A DNA stretch of 64,000 bases from Hemiscyllium ocellatum (lineage: Eukaryota). This document shows positions 25,701-38,466 of this stretch, piece after piece (the first letter of the stretch is position 1; each line of letters begins with the position of its first letter). The translations under genes were made by a program, and so were the position numbers. The DNA is taken from contig NW_026867490.1 in assembly GCF_020745735.1 (NCBI RefSeq), forward strand, positions 496,001 to 560,000. The letters are read 5' to 3'. The notes below the pieces were generated by a model. That model was not told the origin of the DNA, made no database searches, and worked only from the letters and a program-made list of their open reading frames with translations.

Positions 25701-26417
25701 CTTCAATTTCAAAGGCATAAAGCCACCACATGTAATGTACTGTCCACAGTATAGGTATCCTGATTTAAGGATTGCTATAAATGATTTGCAAGCAATTCAG
25801 AGAAGGTAAGATTTACCAGAATGATTCATGGCACGTCAAAGGTTCTTGCGATTATCAGCTGAAGAACTCGGTATTACAACTCCATGTTTTCCACTTTTCC
25901 TTCCCCAACTCAGAGAAATGTAAGTTTGCCACTCATCTCTTCTGTTTCTGTATATATCTTAAATCAATTGCTGTTATTGATAGCACTGAATAATGTCACG
26001 GCATTTAATTAAGAGGAGCCATATTTGATCCTCAGTGATGTGTAAACCGTGTTACTGTCAGCTTCCACACTCGTTGTCTTACCCACGACATAATTTTCTA
26101 TAAGGCTTTGATATTATTATTTCACCGGATCACTTAACGAATCAATGTTAATGTAGACTTGACTCAGAATTGTTCTTCCTCTCTACTAAAATCCAGCAGC
26201 TTGTTTAGTATTCCTTATCCATTTACAAACATATTTTTAAGCTGTAAGTATATTTTGAATGTGGTGACGATTCCATCGACTGAAAAGTGTAAATATCACC
26301 GAATAATATGTTTCAAAAGCATTCGGTTAAATGGACAATTTACTAGAAGTCAAAGAAGTAATTTTCCTGTTCTCTCTCCCTCTCTTTCTCTCACTCTTCG
26401 TGTTTTCACTGTTATAG

Positions 26418-27316
26418 CTAATTTGACAGTAATTGCAATCCTATCTCGAAGAAAATGCGGCCTGTCTGGATGTATGCGTCTTTATCTGTTGTTCATGGCG
26501 TTGACAGATCTGCTAGTCCTGGTCACTGCTGTAATATTAAACAAGATTGCTGGGATTTACTATCAATACAGTTTCCTATCCATCACTCCAGTGTGCAGTC
26601 TCCGTACTGTGTTAACTTCCATTGCCTTTTTGAGCTCAACTTGGTTAACTGTCACTTTCACCTTTGATCGATTTGTGATGATTTCATGTCCGAAGCTGAA
26701 AATAAAATATTGCACCAAAAATGCAGCAGCACGGGTCATAGGAATTGTGTTTGCAATGTGTATTATAACAAGTGCATTTTGGTACTTTGTATACGAACCT
26801 GTGTATACAGTTAACAATGTACCCTGGTTCTGCAAGCCAAAATTAATATTTTACGTGTCACCTGAGTGGGCAGCATATGACTTAATTCGTAGCATTTTGA
26901 ACCCTCTTCTCCCATTCATTCTGATTTTACTACTCAATGCTCTGACGGTTAGAAGCATTCTTGTCGCAAATAGTGCCCGCAGGAGACTCCGGGCCCAGAA
27001 TCACGGAGACAATCAGAGTGATCCAGAGATGGAGAAGAGGAGAAGATCCATTGTACTACTCTTTGCAATTTCAGGCAGTTTCCTCTTGTTGTATTTGTTA
27101 TCTTTTATAACGATCCTGTATGTCCGAATTGGCAAAGTTACCTATTTTTCAGGTTCAAATTTCACTAAATCGACATTTATCATTGAGGAGACTGGATTTA
27201 TGCTTATATTTTTGTGTTCCTGCATTAACCCGTTTATTTATGCTGGAACTCAAAACCAATTTAGAGACGAGTTAAAGAATGGGCTTAAATACCCACTGCG
27301 TCGATATCTTAAATAA
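26418..27316 (+). CDS. GPR139/GPR142-like rhodopsin-family GPCR, large exon (end of TM1 to TM7); first exon not located
   Basis: Acceptor gttatag|CT (phase 1) gives ANLTVIAILSRRKCGLS...MALTDLLV...TFTFDRFVMISCP...CSCINPFIY...*; 899-nt exon open to TAA. The ORF-track start at 26159 (TTG) is probably intronic. Confidence 0.9.
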
Positions 27317-27812
27317 TTCAAAATACGGAAATTGCAACAGACAATCGTGTGCAATGTTCCAAATGCATATTATAACAAAGTGGAGAACATAAAATATAAA
27401 ATATAAAGTTAAAGAATTTGCAAAAGAAATTAGTACTATTAGGATTTCTGTATGTTTTATTCACTTGATTGCTTTCAGTGTCACCTATAAAGCCAGCATT
27501 TGTTGCCCTTCATAATTCCAGACATTAAGTAACCTAAGATGGTGACTGGTATGAAATAAATACAAACTTTGCCAACTGTTAGATTCAGTAAATTAATGTT
27601 CCGGTTATTTCACGGATTGTAACGCACTATCATACAAGTAATTGATTGAATGCCAAATGTGCCATTAATGGAGACAAAGGCTAATATTGCATGAATGAAT
27701 AAAGCAAGCGCGTGCAAAGATAAATCAGTCAAGATCTGGGGTAAGATAAACAGAAATGGTCAATTTGGATTTAACGTTGAAAAGAACAAGAAAATAGAAT
27801 CTGAGATGTAAA

Positions 27813-27855
27813 TGCTTTTGTACACAGGAGAGAAAGTTTTTTTTTAATTACTGAG
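27813..27855 (-). other. Defective RSS of the V at 27856-28156
   Basis: CTCAGTA + 27 nt (contains an A9 run) + ACAAAAGCA. Confidence 0.7.
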
Positions 27856-28156
27856 TCAGAGAGCTCAGTAATTGAATGAAGTGGCTGTCAGCTTCAATCC
27901 CGGGATAATTAAACTGGTGAAGTTATTTACTGCCTGGACTCCGAAACAGTCTTCGGAAAAATCTACTTTACATTCAAATTCACTTGAATGTTTCCACTAA
28001 ACAAACTGAAGCTGTGAGTCCGGATGCTGTCTGTACCAGAATAAATAATAGTCGTTCCAAGTCCATTTACAGAAACAAATTAAAGTCATTGTTTTTTTCC
28101 TTCTGAATAAATATCCAAGGATAATGGCTGAATGATAGAGTATCCATGACTCATAT
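27856..28156 (-). pseudogene. TCR delta/alpha V segment pseudogene
   Basis: Acceptor ttttcag|AT; DMSHGYSIIQPLSLDIYSEGK, frameshift in an A-run, then TMTLICFCKWTWNDYYLFWYRQHPDSQLQFV*WKHSSEFECKVDFSEDCFGVQAVNNFTSLIIPGLKLTATSFNY*AL*. Confidence 0.9.
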
Positions 28157-29469
28157 CTGAAAAGATAACATGTTCAATGAGAAAAATATTTGAGATATGG
28201 TTATTCCAAATTCAGAATGAAACCATGTTCTATCAATGAGGGAAATGATGGACAGTGCTGCATCATAATTACCTATCAGGATTGTTCCTTGCTCAGTCCA
28301 GACACCAATAAGTGCACTGTCCTGACAGCTCTGTGCAAAGGGTATTGAGTATTTCAAAACATTGATTTTAATTCCTATCCTCAAGTCTTCTGACATGTCT
28401 CATCTCACAGTCTTATGCCCCCAGAATGCAATGATACTGACGGGAAGTATATCAGCTCCAATTGATCGGATGCATTTCAAGAGAGGCTAGGACCAGTGAT
28501 CATACAGGAGAGCCTTTTCCACTTTATTTAAGATTGATACCTATGCCTGCTGTTTTAAATATTGTTGTATGTGACATTAATGTCATTTGTTTCGTCACCA
28601 TTTACTTCTCATCCTTAATTTCCTGGCGAAAATGGGAGTGGTGTTCCTTCATGATGCCATACAGCATATGTGGTACGGTGTGATTGGTGGCGGAGATGGA
28701 GACGGTGGGGCAGGGTTTTTGGTAGGTTTCTAGTATTCCTGCGAAACTACAGGGGGGAGGGGGTATTTATATCGTTTTAGTCATTATGGTAAATGATTTG
28801 GAGATAAACGTGCAGCTGGTAATATCACCTTGAAGGTCAGGGATTTAAATGGCATTAGGTTTATTTGGACTCAATAGCTTCGATGAAATTCAGCGTGTCT
28901 AATTGCCTGGGCACTGGTAGTAGCGACTCCCGTGTTCCGACCTCCAGATCACAGTAATTCAAATGATACTATAAAGTTCCAAACGATCCATGCATCTAAC
29001 ATGATATAAAGTTGGCATCCGCTGTTATTGAGGAAACAATTAGGCAGAATATGTCATTTTTCTAACGTAAACCACGTTTCAAACGTCGTCTTTGACTGTA
29101 GTTCTCGCATAAAACGTGATTCACGTTCTAGCTCCTTGGGCCTGCTCTTCTTCGTGCCTGTGAGAATAGATTTGATAAATCACAATCTTCAGATTAGAGA
29201 TTGCCAGTGAGAGAGAACATAGAGTTTAGCATCAATACTATGCATTTTTTTTTCTCCTTTATTGCCAAACAACAGGTCGAAGCCTGGCGATTTAACCAAA
29301 CACCATTGAATACCCCACATTGGATTCCAGAACTCTAACAAGAGCTCAATAGCATGAGAGGGTGATATGGCACAGTAATAAACTATTCGGCGCATCGTGT
29401 GTATGGCAACCAACAAACACGAATTTACATGAATTCCCTTTGTCTTGACCAGACCATGTCCCACTTATG

Positions 29470-29635
29470 GGTTAAGTGTTGGCCTAGTGGTTCGAATCCC
29501 ACCACGACAGATGGTGGAATTTGAATTCAACAAAAATCAGGAATTAAGGATCAAAAAATGACGGTGAATCCGTTGTCGATTGTGGGGGGAAAATAAAAAC
29601 CAAACTGGTTTACTAATGAAATCCTCGGCACTCTT
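29470..29635 (+). mobile_element. Second shark SINE family fragment
   Basis: B-box-like ggttcgaatcccaccacgacagatggtggaatttgaattcaac..., distinct from HE1; a related antisense fragment lies at about 48530-48690. Confidence 0.6.
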
Positions 29636-29639
29636 GTCT

Positions 29640-31100
29640 AAGTCATTCATGTCCATAGAAAGCAACAAGGTTGCCAGAATCGATTCTTGAGGTAGGCCTC
29701 TCGTTCCAGGCTTCCAATCACAAAAATGGAGATCCACCATCACCTTTTGTCTCCTATTTGCCAATTTTCAAACAATTTTGCCAACAGATTCATGTTTTAA
29801 AGTTGTGGAAGAGGCTTCCATGGTGGAACGTTGTCAAAGGCTTCACTAAAGTCTAGGTAAACCACTGTCCTACCTCCATTAATCAATTTCATAGCCTTTC
29901 CAAATGATACTCAATTAAATTAAGCAGACATGATATTGTATGACCAAAACAGTGTGTTGGCAATGCATTCCGGGCATCTGCCACCACTGTATGAAACATT
30001 TGTTGCGTGTATCCACCTTATACTTTTCACCTCTAACCTTGAACGCGTGGTCTCCCGTTATTGAATCCATTATCCTGGGAAAAAAAATTATCTCTATGCA
30101 CCCTGTCTGTTCGCTTCATGATTTTGTAGACATCAAACAGGTCCCCCGTCTCCATTTTTCTAAGGAAAGCAATCCTAACTTACTCAACCTCGCTTCATGC
30201 CTTGCAAATTCCATACCAGGCAACATTCTCGTAAAATTTCTCTGCACCCTGTCCAACGCTTTCACATCCGTTTGCTAATGTGGCGACCAGAACTGCACAC
30301 AGTATTTTATATGCGGCCGAAGCAATGTCTTGTACAGTTTTGGCATGACCTATCAGCTTTTAACTCAATACCCAGTTCTATGAAGGCAAGCATACAATAT
30401 GCCTGCTTGACCACTCTATCCACCTTTGCAGCCATCTTCAAGGTACAATGTACCTGAAATCCCAGATCTCTTTGCTCATCAATTTTGTTTTCCCAAGGCT
30501 CTTCCGTTTACAGTGTTCTTTCCTCTAGAATTAGACTTCCCAAAATGCATCACCTCACATTTGCCTGGATTGAACTCCATCTGCCACCTCTCCATCCAAC
30601 TTTCCAGTCTATCTATATTGTCATATATTCTTTGACAATCACCGATGCGTTTTGCTTCTCCAACAATATTCGTGTCATCTGCAATCTAACTGTCCTCCTC
30701 CAGATCTCATTAAAAAATTATTAAAAAAATTCCCACTGGGGTGGCACAGTGCCGCAGAAGTTAGCAATGTTGCCTCACAGTGCGTCGTACAAGGGTTCAA
30801 TTCCAGTCTCGGGCGACTGTCTGTGTGGAGTTTATACATTCTCCCTTTGTCTATGTGGTTTGGCTCCGGGTGTTCTGGTTTTTTCCCACGATCCAAAAAT
30901 GTGTTGGTGAGGTGAATTGGCCATGATGATTTGTCCATAGTGTTCAGTGTATCAGTGAAGGGAAATGAGTCTGGATGGGTCGGTGTAGATTTGTTGGGAC
31001 GAAGGACCTGTTTCCACTATGTAGGTAATCTAATCTAATCTCATCAAAATTAGATGTACTTGCAAGCTTTCTTTCCCCATCTAAATCTGCCAGATCCTAT
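29640..31100 (-). mobile_element. CR1 LINE RT/3' region interrupted by a SINE
   Basis: Antisense RT motifs (gtcatctgcaa; aggcctc...caggaatcga GVPQ region) and CR1 3' UTR; SINE inserted at 30738. Confidence 0.8.
30738..31041 (+). mobile_element. HE1-like SINE nested in CR1
   Basis: ggggtggcacagtg...gggttcaattcc head, central core, (taatc)n tail; TSD-like atctcattaaaaaatta / atctcatcaaaatta. Confidence 0.9.
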
Positions 31101-33119
31101 TTAATGATATTGACCTCGGCTTTCCTCGAATTTATATATTTAATTTCTACCCCAAGCTTACCACTTTTCACAATAAATTCAAAACTTTCAGTGTTATGGG
31201 TATTATCCCGATAAATGTAGCACATTGACACTTCCATCACTTGGCCGATTTCATTAGTCAATTGGCCCCTCTACTAAGTATGGATAAAAGCCTTTCAACG
31301 TTCAGATGGATTCTGTGGGCAGAAAAGAATCCATGTGGTTTGGACCTGCTTTATTATCCAGTTTCCTTGATCATCATAGTCACAACCGGAAGGGTCTTCA
31401 GACACCACATCCCAAGATGCGTCTCGCATTTCCACGTTGATATTCAGATTACATTTGCCACACTTTCTATTGGTTTCTCCTTTATTTTGGTTATTATCGA
31501 ATAATAAATTTTATTTTCAGAAACTAATCCTTCAATATGGGCAATATCGGCTTCATGCGATAATGTTTCTTTCTGCATAAGTATAATGCATTCATGAGTT
31601 TTGCGGTGCAAACCATTTAGCATTGCAAATAAAGAAGAGGCAATAAAATTCAATTTGTCTTCTCACAAAATTCTCCACCTTATTCCGTGTAATGCAATCG
31701 CAATATTTATAACATCTTTGTCTCCGTGTGTTGATGCCCTGATGAACACACCAGACCTTCGTTGATCCCATTTATTGCACTTCTGCACAACTCCTCTGCA
31801 CTGTGACGACAGAACTGTTGCTACAGTTCACCGGTATGAAAGCTCCATTTAGTATACACTCACCAAATTCAGAAGCAAGGTTGTTGTACTTGTTCTGCTT
31901 TATCTCTGGACCAGAAAGAAAGACATGGTGCTTTCAATTGAAGAGCATCAGCATACTTAATCTATTCAGCTTATTTTCTTTGTGCAGGTTAATACAGAAT
32001 ATGTTCTACAATTCTGGAGGTTTATAATCATCCTCCATGTATCTTGAGTAAATAACTCAGAATTTTCCGAGAGGATTGCATGTCCCAGATTAGGGTGCTG
32101 CCAGCGTAGGTTCTCGAGTAGCAGCAGTGCAGATTTATGTACTCGCTGTTCCAGACAATAGATTCAGATTAATTTTATGACACTGAATCATTTTACTCAT
32201 TCTTGTGTCACAATTACAAGGTGGTTCAGTGGCGAAGGAAGAAAACCGCTCCCTGGAAAGCCACTCACGATTAAGAATAAAACATTTTAATAGTATATAA
32301 GTCCATTATCATTGGCGAGGAATACAGAAAGCAGTCGTATCCAGTTTATACTTTGAAAGAAAATGCCAATTCATTTAAATGTGTTGATCTCCTCGCCTGA
32401 AATTAAAACGTAACCAGGTTCAGCCTTCATTTACTGAGAAACTGAGTGTGTTCCCTAAATACAGTACTGAAAACATTGTCAGCAGATGACAGCTGCACAC
32501 CAAGCAATGAGACCCGTCGACATTAACTTCCTCTAATTCGTGTCAGATTCTTCTCTGACATTCTTAGTTTCCCTTTGTTCTGTATTTTTGCGCTGATCTC
32601 TTCTTCTCCCTGATGAGACTACCTCTGATTGATATAGATATTCCCTCTGCCATAAAATATATGCTAATTAATCTAATGTCATAATTTCACGGACTTTAGG
32701 GAAATAAATTGCTGTTCTCACTGGTCAGGATGACATGTGATTCACGAGCCACGACCTTGTGTTTGATTCTTAACTGCCGTTCAGCCTTTAAAGGACAGAT
32801 AATAAATGTGAACTTTGTCACTAAAGCCGACATTCATTCAATGATTAAAAACAAAATCTTGGCAATGATCGCAGAGTTTGATGGAGTGGACAAATATAAT
32901 CACAATACCAAATTAGCCAGCAGGTGATGGGAACGCAATTGCGGAATTTTCAGATTGATCCTGGACTGAAAGTGAAGCAACAAACGTTGTGACTAATATT
33001 TTATGTTCAATGAAACCCTACGTCAGATTCAGTCAATCCCAAATAATGCAAACTGTTTTCCATGACATCATGACCGAGATCATATGTTCATGATTAATTA
33101 AATGCTCTGCAGTGTGCGA

Positions 33120-33310
33120 GGAGGCGAGAGACACAGAGTTTGAGAGAGATATAGAGAGAGAGAAAATGAGGAAGGGGCAGAGAGGGAGGGAGAGACAGAG
33201 AGAGACATGGAGACGAACAATAGAGATAGGTAGAGAAAGGTAAAGAGAGAGAGAGAGACCGATAGATTGACAGAGAGACAGCACGAGTAACTGAAAGCGT
33301 GTGAGAGGGA
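33120..33310. repeat. Imperfect (GA)n purine-rich simple repeat
   Basis: gagagagatatagagagagagaaa...gagagagagagacc. Confidence 0.9.
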
Positions 33311-33559
33311 CAGTGGTCCCTTTCCATTGTAGTTTCAACAAGCGCATGATTGCAGACAGTCAATCGCTGAGTGTGAGTTAATGAGAACTCACGCCTGGCG
33401 TGCTAACTCTGATTTCTCTCCACAGAAGCTGGAAGACATCCTGAGCTTTTCCAGCATCTTTTGTGTTTGTCTCCCAGAACATTCTCAGCTTCATTCAGAA
33501 AAAGATAGAATAGAAAAAGTGAGTGCTGCGCCCACAGCCACTGACCTGCTGTTTGAACA

Positions 33560-34600
33560 TGGTAGAGTAATTGTCATCAGCTTGCAAGTTTCCTTCCTGA
33601 GCTGGTAAATTTGTTCTCAGACGATGTGTCACCTTGGTAAGTAACTCCGATGATGCTCTTGTGTTCTGTCCCACTTCATATTTATGTGTGTTGGCATGTT
33701 GTGATTGACGGATCATTTCCAGTTCTTTTTCAAAAGGCTGGAACATGGCGTCCAAATCGATGTGTTCCAGTTTGAATGCCAGGCCACCTACAATGCCAGT
33801 GGGTGGCTTTGTATAGCATGTCCAAGAAAGGATGAATTGTCCCAGTCGAATTGGGCTCCCTCTTCATGTGTGTGTGGATATTGGTCATATGTTTCCTGCG
33901 TTTTAGTGGCTAGTTGGTGTTCATGCAATCTGGAAGCTAGTTTCCTGCCCGTCTGTTTACAGTAACGTTTGTTGCAATTCTTGAAGGGTATTTTGTATAT
34001 GACATTCCTTCTGCTGGTTGATTGTAAGCCGACCTTTAAATTAACAGGAGCTGTTTCAGTATGTGGCATGTTGACCAGAAGCTGCAGTCCTGCTATCCGC
34101 ATTTCCGAGATGTCTTTAACGTACAGCAGGGTTGCTGGAGACTCTGGCGTGTTGTGTCTTCTTGTTGAGGTCTGTCGTGTAGAAACCAGCAGACTGTGCT
34201 TTTTGGGTAGCTGGTATTCCTGAATACACTGCACACTTGTTTTTGTCTCGGCTTTTCGTATTCCCTTGGTGCTGCCAGGTGTTATGGCTTTTCTAAACAA
34301 TGTTCTGACGCTGCTCCATTTGTGGGTAATCGGAAGATTGCTTCTGTAGTTGAGTATCTGGTCAGTGTGTGGATTTTATTTGTAAACGCTGGTCTGTGGC
34401 TCTTTCCAATCGTTTTTCATTCTATTGTGATATCCAGGAGGGGGGAGTCTGTTGTTGTTCTCTTCCACTTTGGCGAACTTTATACCGGTAGGGATTTTTT
34501 TTTTGTATGTTTGTGGGTTTCTTCTCATTTGTTACATTTCGTGATGACTAATTTGCTATCTCGGAGACTCAAATCTTTGGCTGGATCGTGGAAAGGCCTG
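33560..34600 (-). mobile_element. Penelope-like element fragment (GIY-YIG endonuclease region)
   Basis: ORF 33788-34300 contains NVIYKIPFKNCNKRYCKQTGRKLASRLHEHQLATK...FDWDN, a degenerate PLE GIY-YIG domain. Confidence 0.85.
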
Positions 34601-34654
34601 ATCGTTCTAATATCTGCCTAACTGCTTCTGCTAAGAGTCCTGATATTGGTGCTC

Positions 34655-35035
34655 AACTATCACTGGCATTTATACACACAGACGATGATGGACACCAGTT
34701 CGACTGGGAAAATGCATCCATCCTGAGACAGGCTAAACAAATAAGCACATGGGTATTCCTAGAGGGCTAGCAATCAAAACATTTACGATCTTCATTAACA
34801 AACATGTCGATTTGGATACCATTACCACCCAACTAGAAAAAGAACCGGAAGTGATACCAACAACCATAGCAGCCGAATACACATAAAATGCAAGCTGAAA
34901 AATACAGCAGTGCTTTATCGGAGGCTCACTGATGATATAACTTAGCATGGTGACGATACGTCTGAGAACAGATCTACCCGCTAGGGGAGTAAACCTACAA
35001 CCTGAGCTGCAAATCTCCCCAAACACCGCAAATGA
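34655..35035 (+). mobile_element. Penelope-like element 3' fragment, inverted relative to the 33.6-34.6 kb piece
   Basis: HTDDDGHQFDWENASILRQAKQ...FLE (GIY-YIG C-terminus), followed by a degenerate hammerhead (34925-34966) and a pLTR-like tail. Confidence 0.85.
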
Positions 35036-35719
35036 CTTGTCATGTTTCAATACTCTGTCTTTTCAATTAAAGGTCCAAGTGGTCCAATTATATCCACACG
35101 AACGTTTAACCTGAGTAAAAAAAACCTTTCTGCTTATCAGTTCGATTGCTCCTGTCCTGTTTGGAGAGTGGTGACTGATGCAGCCATTGCAAAACAGTAG
35201 ATAATGTGATGTTCAGTCGAACTGCTGCGTTACACACGGACAATATCATCGTGTAATATTTAACTCGAAAAACTATAAATGAAATTCATGTCATTTAAAT
35301 TTAGAACTGGCACAATTTGATTGATAACATACATACCAGAAATAGAAAAAAACGAAAGAAGCAACCGCAAAAAAAAAACCCACGAAAATCTGTAGACCAC
35401 GATGTCAGATGGTGGAGTTCTGGTGATATTAGTCCGCCAGCAATCCCGTATGTCTGACTTATGCTTTGCAGGCAGATCACATGGTGAATTATAAATTCAG
35501 ATGGTAAATTCGCAAGGCATGTTCAAGGCAATTATGGAAGGACAACGAATCGCATCTTTCCCAGTGAGATGCGCATTTCATGTCGGTAAGAGTAAAAATA
35601 AAACCGTCAAATGTTGAAAGCATATGCATTCTCATGATTACCACTTAACAAGTAAAACTTTTAAGATTAATTAGCATCATTTTGAGGTGCAGGCTGCATT
35701 TTAAAATATGTTAACTGTC

Positions 35720-36090
35720 ACTCGCAACGGAACTCTGCCCAATAACCTGTATGTGACAATTCTCGATAGATTTACATCTCTCTGAGGGAAGATATTCTTC
35801 CTTACTTCTGTCTTAAACTCGCGTTGCTTCATTCTAGGATTATGAACTTTTGTTCTACAATCTCTCTTGACTTGGAGATTTCCTCTCAGCATTTATCCTG
35901 TAAAGATCCATCAGAAACCCAACAGTTTGAATAAGATCTCCCTTCATTCTTTTGAATTCTAGTGTATAGAGGCCAAACCGGTTTAATCTTTGTTCATGAA
36001 AAAAGCTTTTCAGACCAAGGATCACTTCATTAAACATTCTCTGAATTAACTCCAGAAAAATTATATCTTTCTGTAAATGAATCATGCGTC
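35720..36090 (-). mobile_element. CR1 LINE 3' fragment
   Basis: Antisense RLNRFGLYTLEFKRMKGDLIQT, the typical CR1 ORF2 C-terminus. Confidence 0.85.
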
Positions 36091-36650
36091 TCTATACATC
36101 AACTTCATGGAGCTGAACTATCAGTCCAACAGTGCTCATATGGACTGTAAACAGGACGAAGTGAACTATTTTTCTTCGCTGAACCCAGTTCCCAGACTTA
36201 AATTATTGAATGTCTTCATTTAATCCCTGCCCTTGCACACTTCCATTCATATCTGCCCCTCTGATGTCTAGAACGTGATTTTAAAAACGAGCAGTTAGTT
36301 GTTGGACCTTAACTGCTGACTCTGCAACAAACCATTCGGCAGATACTACGAATACTACTCATCATTAACTCAATATTTGACATAAAATATTTCAAAATCA
36401 GGTTGCTCTCTGTATATCCGCACTAAATGCCTGCAAACGTGAGTTATTTTTAAATTGATTCTTTATAACTGCACCTCTCATAACTTGAAATTCTACGTAA
36501 ACCCTGTGCACTGTTCCACATACAGGATTCACTGATATCGTTTTAAATGAACTTTCTCTTTATTAGGAAATTTTTCAGTCGGCAGATGATTTGGCTACCA
36601 ATGCATCTTGATAATATATTGAAGTTCTCGATTTCCAATTTTGTTCAGTT

Positions 36651-37838
36651 AAGGCAGACTTCGTCTCACAAGAATCAGTTTCACTGATAAGGTTCAGTTT
36701 TATAAGATTTAAAAGGGGTCTCGACCAAGTGGATCAATGGGCTGAAAATAGTTGATAGATTTCAAATTGTATAAATGTGAGGTAATGCATTTTGGTGTAA
36801 CTGAAAGGGTTATGCAATTAATGGTATGGTCTTGGGCATTACTGTAGATCAGAGCAACATAGAGATTCAGGTTTATCACTCTTAGCATTTTGCGTCAAAT
36901 GTACACAGGGTGCGTAAAAAGGCGTTTGGCATGCTTGCATTCATTACTCAGGCCTTTGAGTATATAAATAGAGAAGTCATATTAATTTTATACAGGACAT
37001 TCGTGAGGCCTCTTCTGGAAGACTGTGTCCAGTTCCTGTCGCCCATTTTTAAGAAGGATATTATTTAGCTGGAGACAGTTCAGAAGAGATTTACGGAGAT
37101 GTTGCCGGGAATGGAAAATTTGAGTTATAACGAAAGACTGGATAGGCTGCGACCTTTTTTCACTGTACTGTAGGACGTTGAGAGGTGATCTGATAGAGGT
37201 TTACAAAATCATGAGACATATGGATAGAGCAAATGGTAGTTGTCTTTTTGCTATTGTGAGAGATTTTAAGACAACGTGGCAGATTTATAAGGTAAAAAGA
37301 GGGAGATATAAAAATCGCAAGAGACAAATTGATTATTGAGAGGGGGGTTTGAGTGTTTGGAATGAACTTTCTGAGGAAGTTGTAGAAGCTGCAACTTGAA
37401 CAATTTTAAAAACATTTGGACAGATACATGAAAAGGAAAACTTTAGCTGGACATTGAGCAGGAGCATGCAGACGGGACTAGTTGAGTTTTCGATCATGTC
37501 TGACATGGACTGGTTGCACAGAATGGTCTGTTTCCATACTTTATGATTCTATGATTTAGTAACAAATAGTTGCAGATATTCTATCAGTGCTACTGGATAA
37601 TCTTTGCATCCATATCGTCAGGATTGGGACAAGGCCCTGACCGACCTTATTTACAGCCTTAACGTTGGAGATGCTCTCATAGGTGAGAATGTTGGGGTCA
37701 ATTTTCTGCTGATGTCGAGCATGTGAAAGGTGAGCGTAACTTCACCATCAGTGAGCTGTGACTGTCCAACAGCACGGTGTGTTATCAGAGACTGAAAGAC
37801 ACAATACAAAGAAGCAGAAAGAGCCTCGCAAAAAAACA
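36651..37838 (+). pseudogene. Inverted TCR V pseudogene split by a CR1 insertion (5' part about 36651-36715; 3' part about 37550-37799; RSS 37800-37838)
   Basis: 5' part ADFVSQESVSLIRF; 3' part DLVTNSCRYSISATG*SLHPYRQDWDKALTDLIYSL...KGERNFTISEL*LSNSTVCYQRLKD. Both parts are homologous to the V at 195-499. RSS CACAATA + 23 nt + AAAAAAACA. Confidence 0.8.
36716..37550 (+). mobile_element. CR1 LINE 3' portion (5' truncated) inserted in a V exon
   Basis: aaatgtgaggtaatgcattttgg (KCEVMHFG), LETVQKRFTEMLPG, RGDLIEVYKIM, 3' tail ttatgattctatg. Confidence 0.9.
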
Positions 37839-38279
37839 CTACAGCCTTGCAGCAGCATGGACATTTAAATATCTGATATACATTGAATACTAGAACTTAT
37901 CAATCAAAGTACATTCAGACACTACCTTTGCATCACCGAACCCCTCTGTTCTGAATAGAGGAGTCAGATTTCAGATTCATATTTCGTCTACTGTGAGGAA
38001 TTGGCAGGCGAAACAGTACACAATTCTTAAATCTCCCTTATAATGCCTAGCATATTGCCGGTTTCTACTGTTCGTTCTAACTTCTCCTCTCAGTGTTTAG
38101 CTGCTCCTAACACTGAGTGACAACGGAAAAACTTTTACTCGTGTATCCTATATAAAGGTTTATCGGAATTCACCACTCCACAAAATCAGATTAACTAGTA
38201 ATAATGAGTGGAAGAAATCATTCCCTCAATCTGAATTCAACAACCGTGTTCATTCACTGAAACTACTTATTTCATATAT

Positions 38280-38460
38280 ACATAGAATCCCGACAGGGCG
38301 ATTTGGCCACCAAGTCCACACAAAACATTGCAAAGCCTCCCACCCAGACCTATACACCGGCCAGCCTCCACAACCCTGGACACTGTGCACAATTTAGTTT
38401 TACTGAGCCACCTACGCTGCACATTTTTGGACTGGTGATGCATTGACCAAGATGTGTGCC
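38280..38460 (-). mobile_element. Partial HE1-like SINE
   Basis: catagaatccc...aagtccacac...ccacccagacc...gccacctacgctgcacatttttggactg. Confidence 0.65.
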
Positions 38461-38466
38461 AACTGG

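Noticed and set aside
26159-26417. N-terminal extension of the 385-aa GPCR ORF
   Set aside because: Starts at TTG, has no GPCR-like content and ends in a polypyrimidine tract plus AG at the conserved family intron position; treated as intron.
29360-29400. VYYCAIS motif in ORF 29189-29464
   Set aside because: No upstream V framework and no heptamer/nonamer after it.
31770-31805. Perfect CACAGTG on the minus strand with a weak A-rich nonamer
   Set aside because: Upstream sequence does not translate as a V in any frame; an isolated heptamer is expected by chance.
35402-35590. Leader-like exon plus GRSHGEL*IQ...EGQ...RC (V FR1-like) on the plus strand
   Set aside because: Putative intron is only about 24 nt, the Cys spacing is wrong and no downstream V sequence follows.
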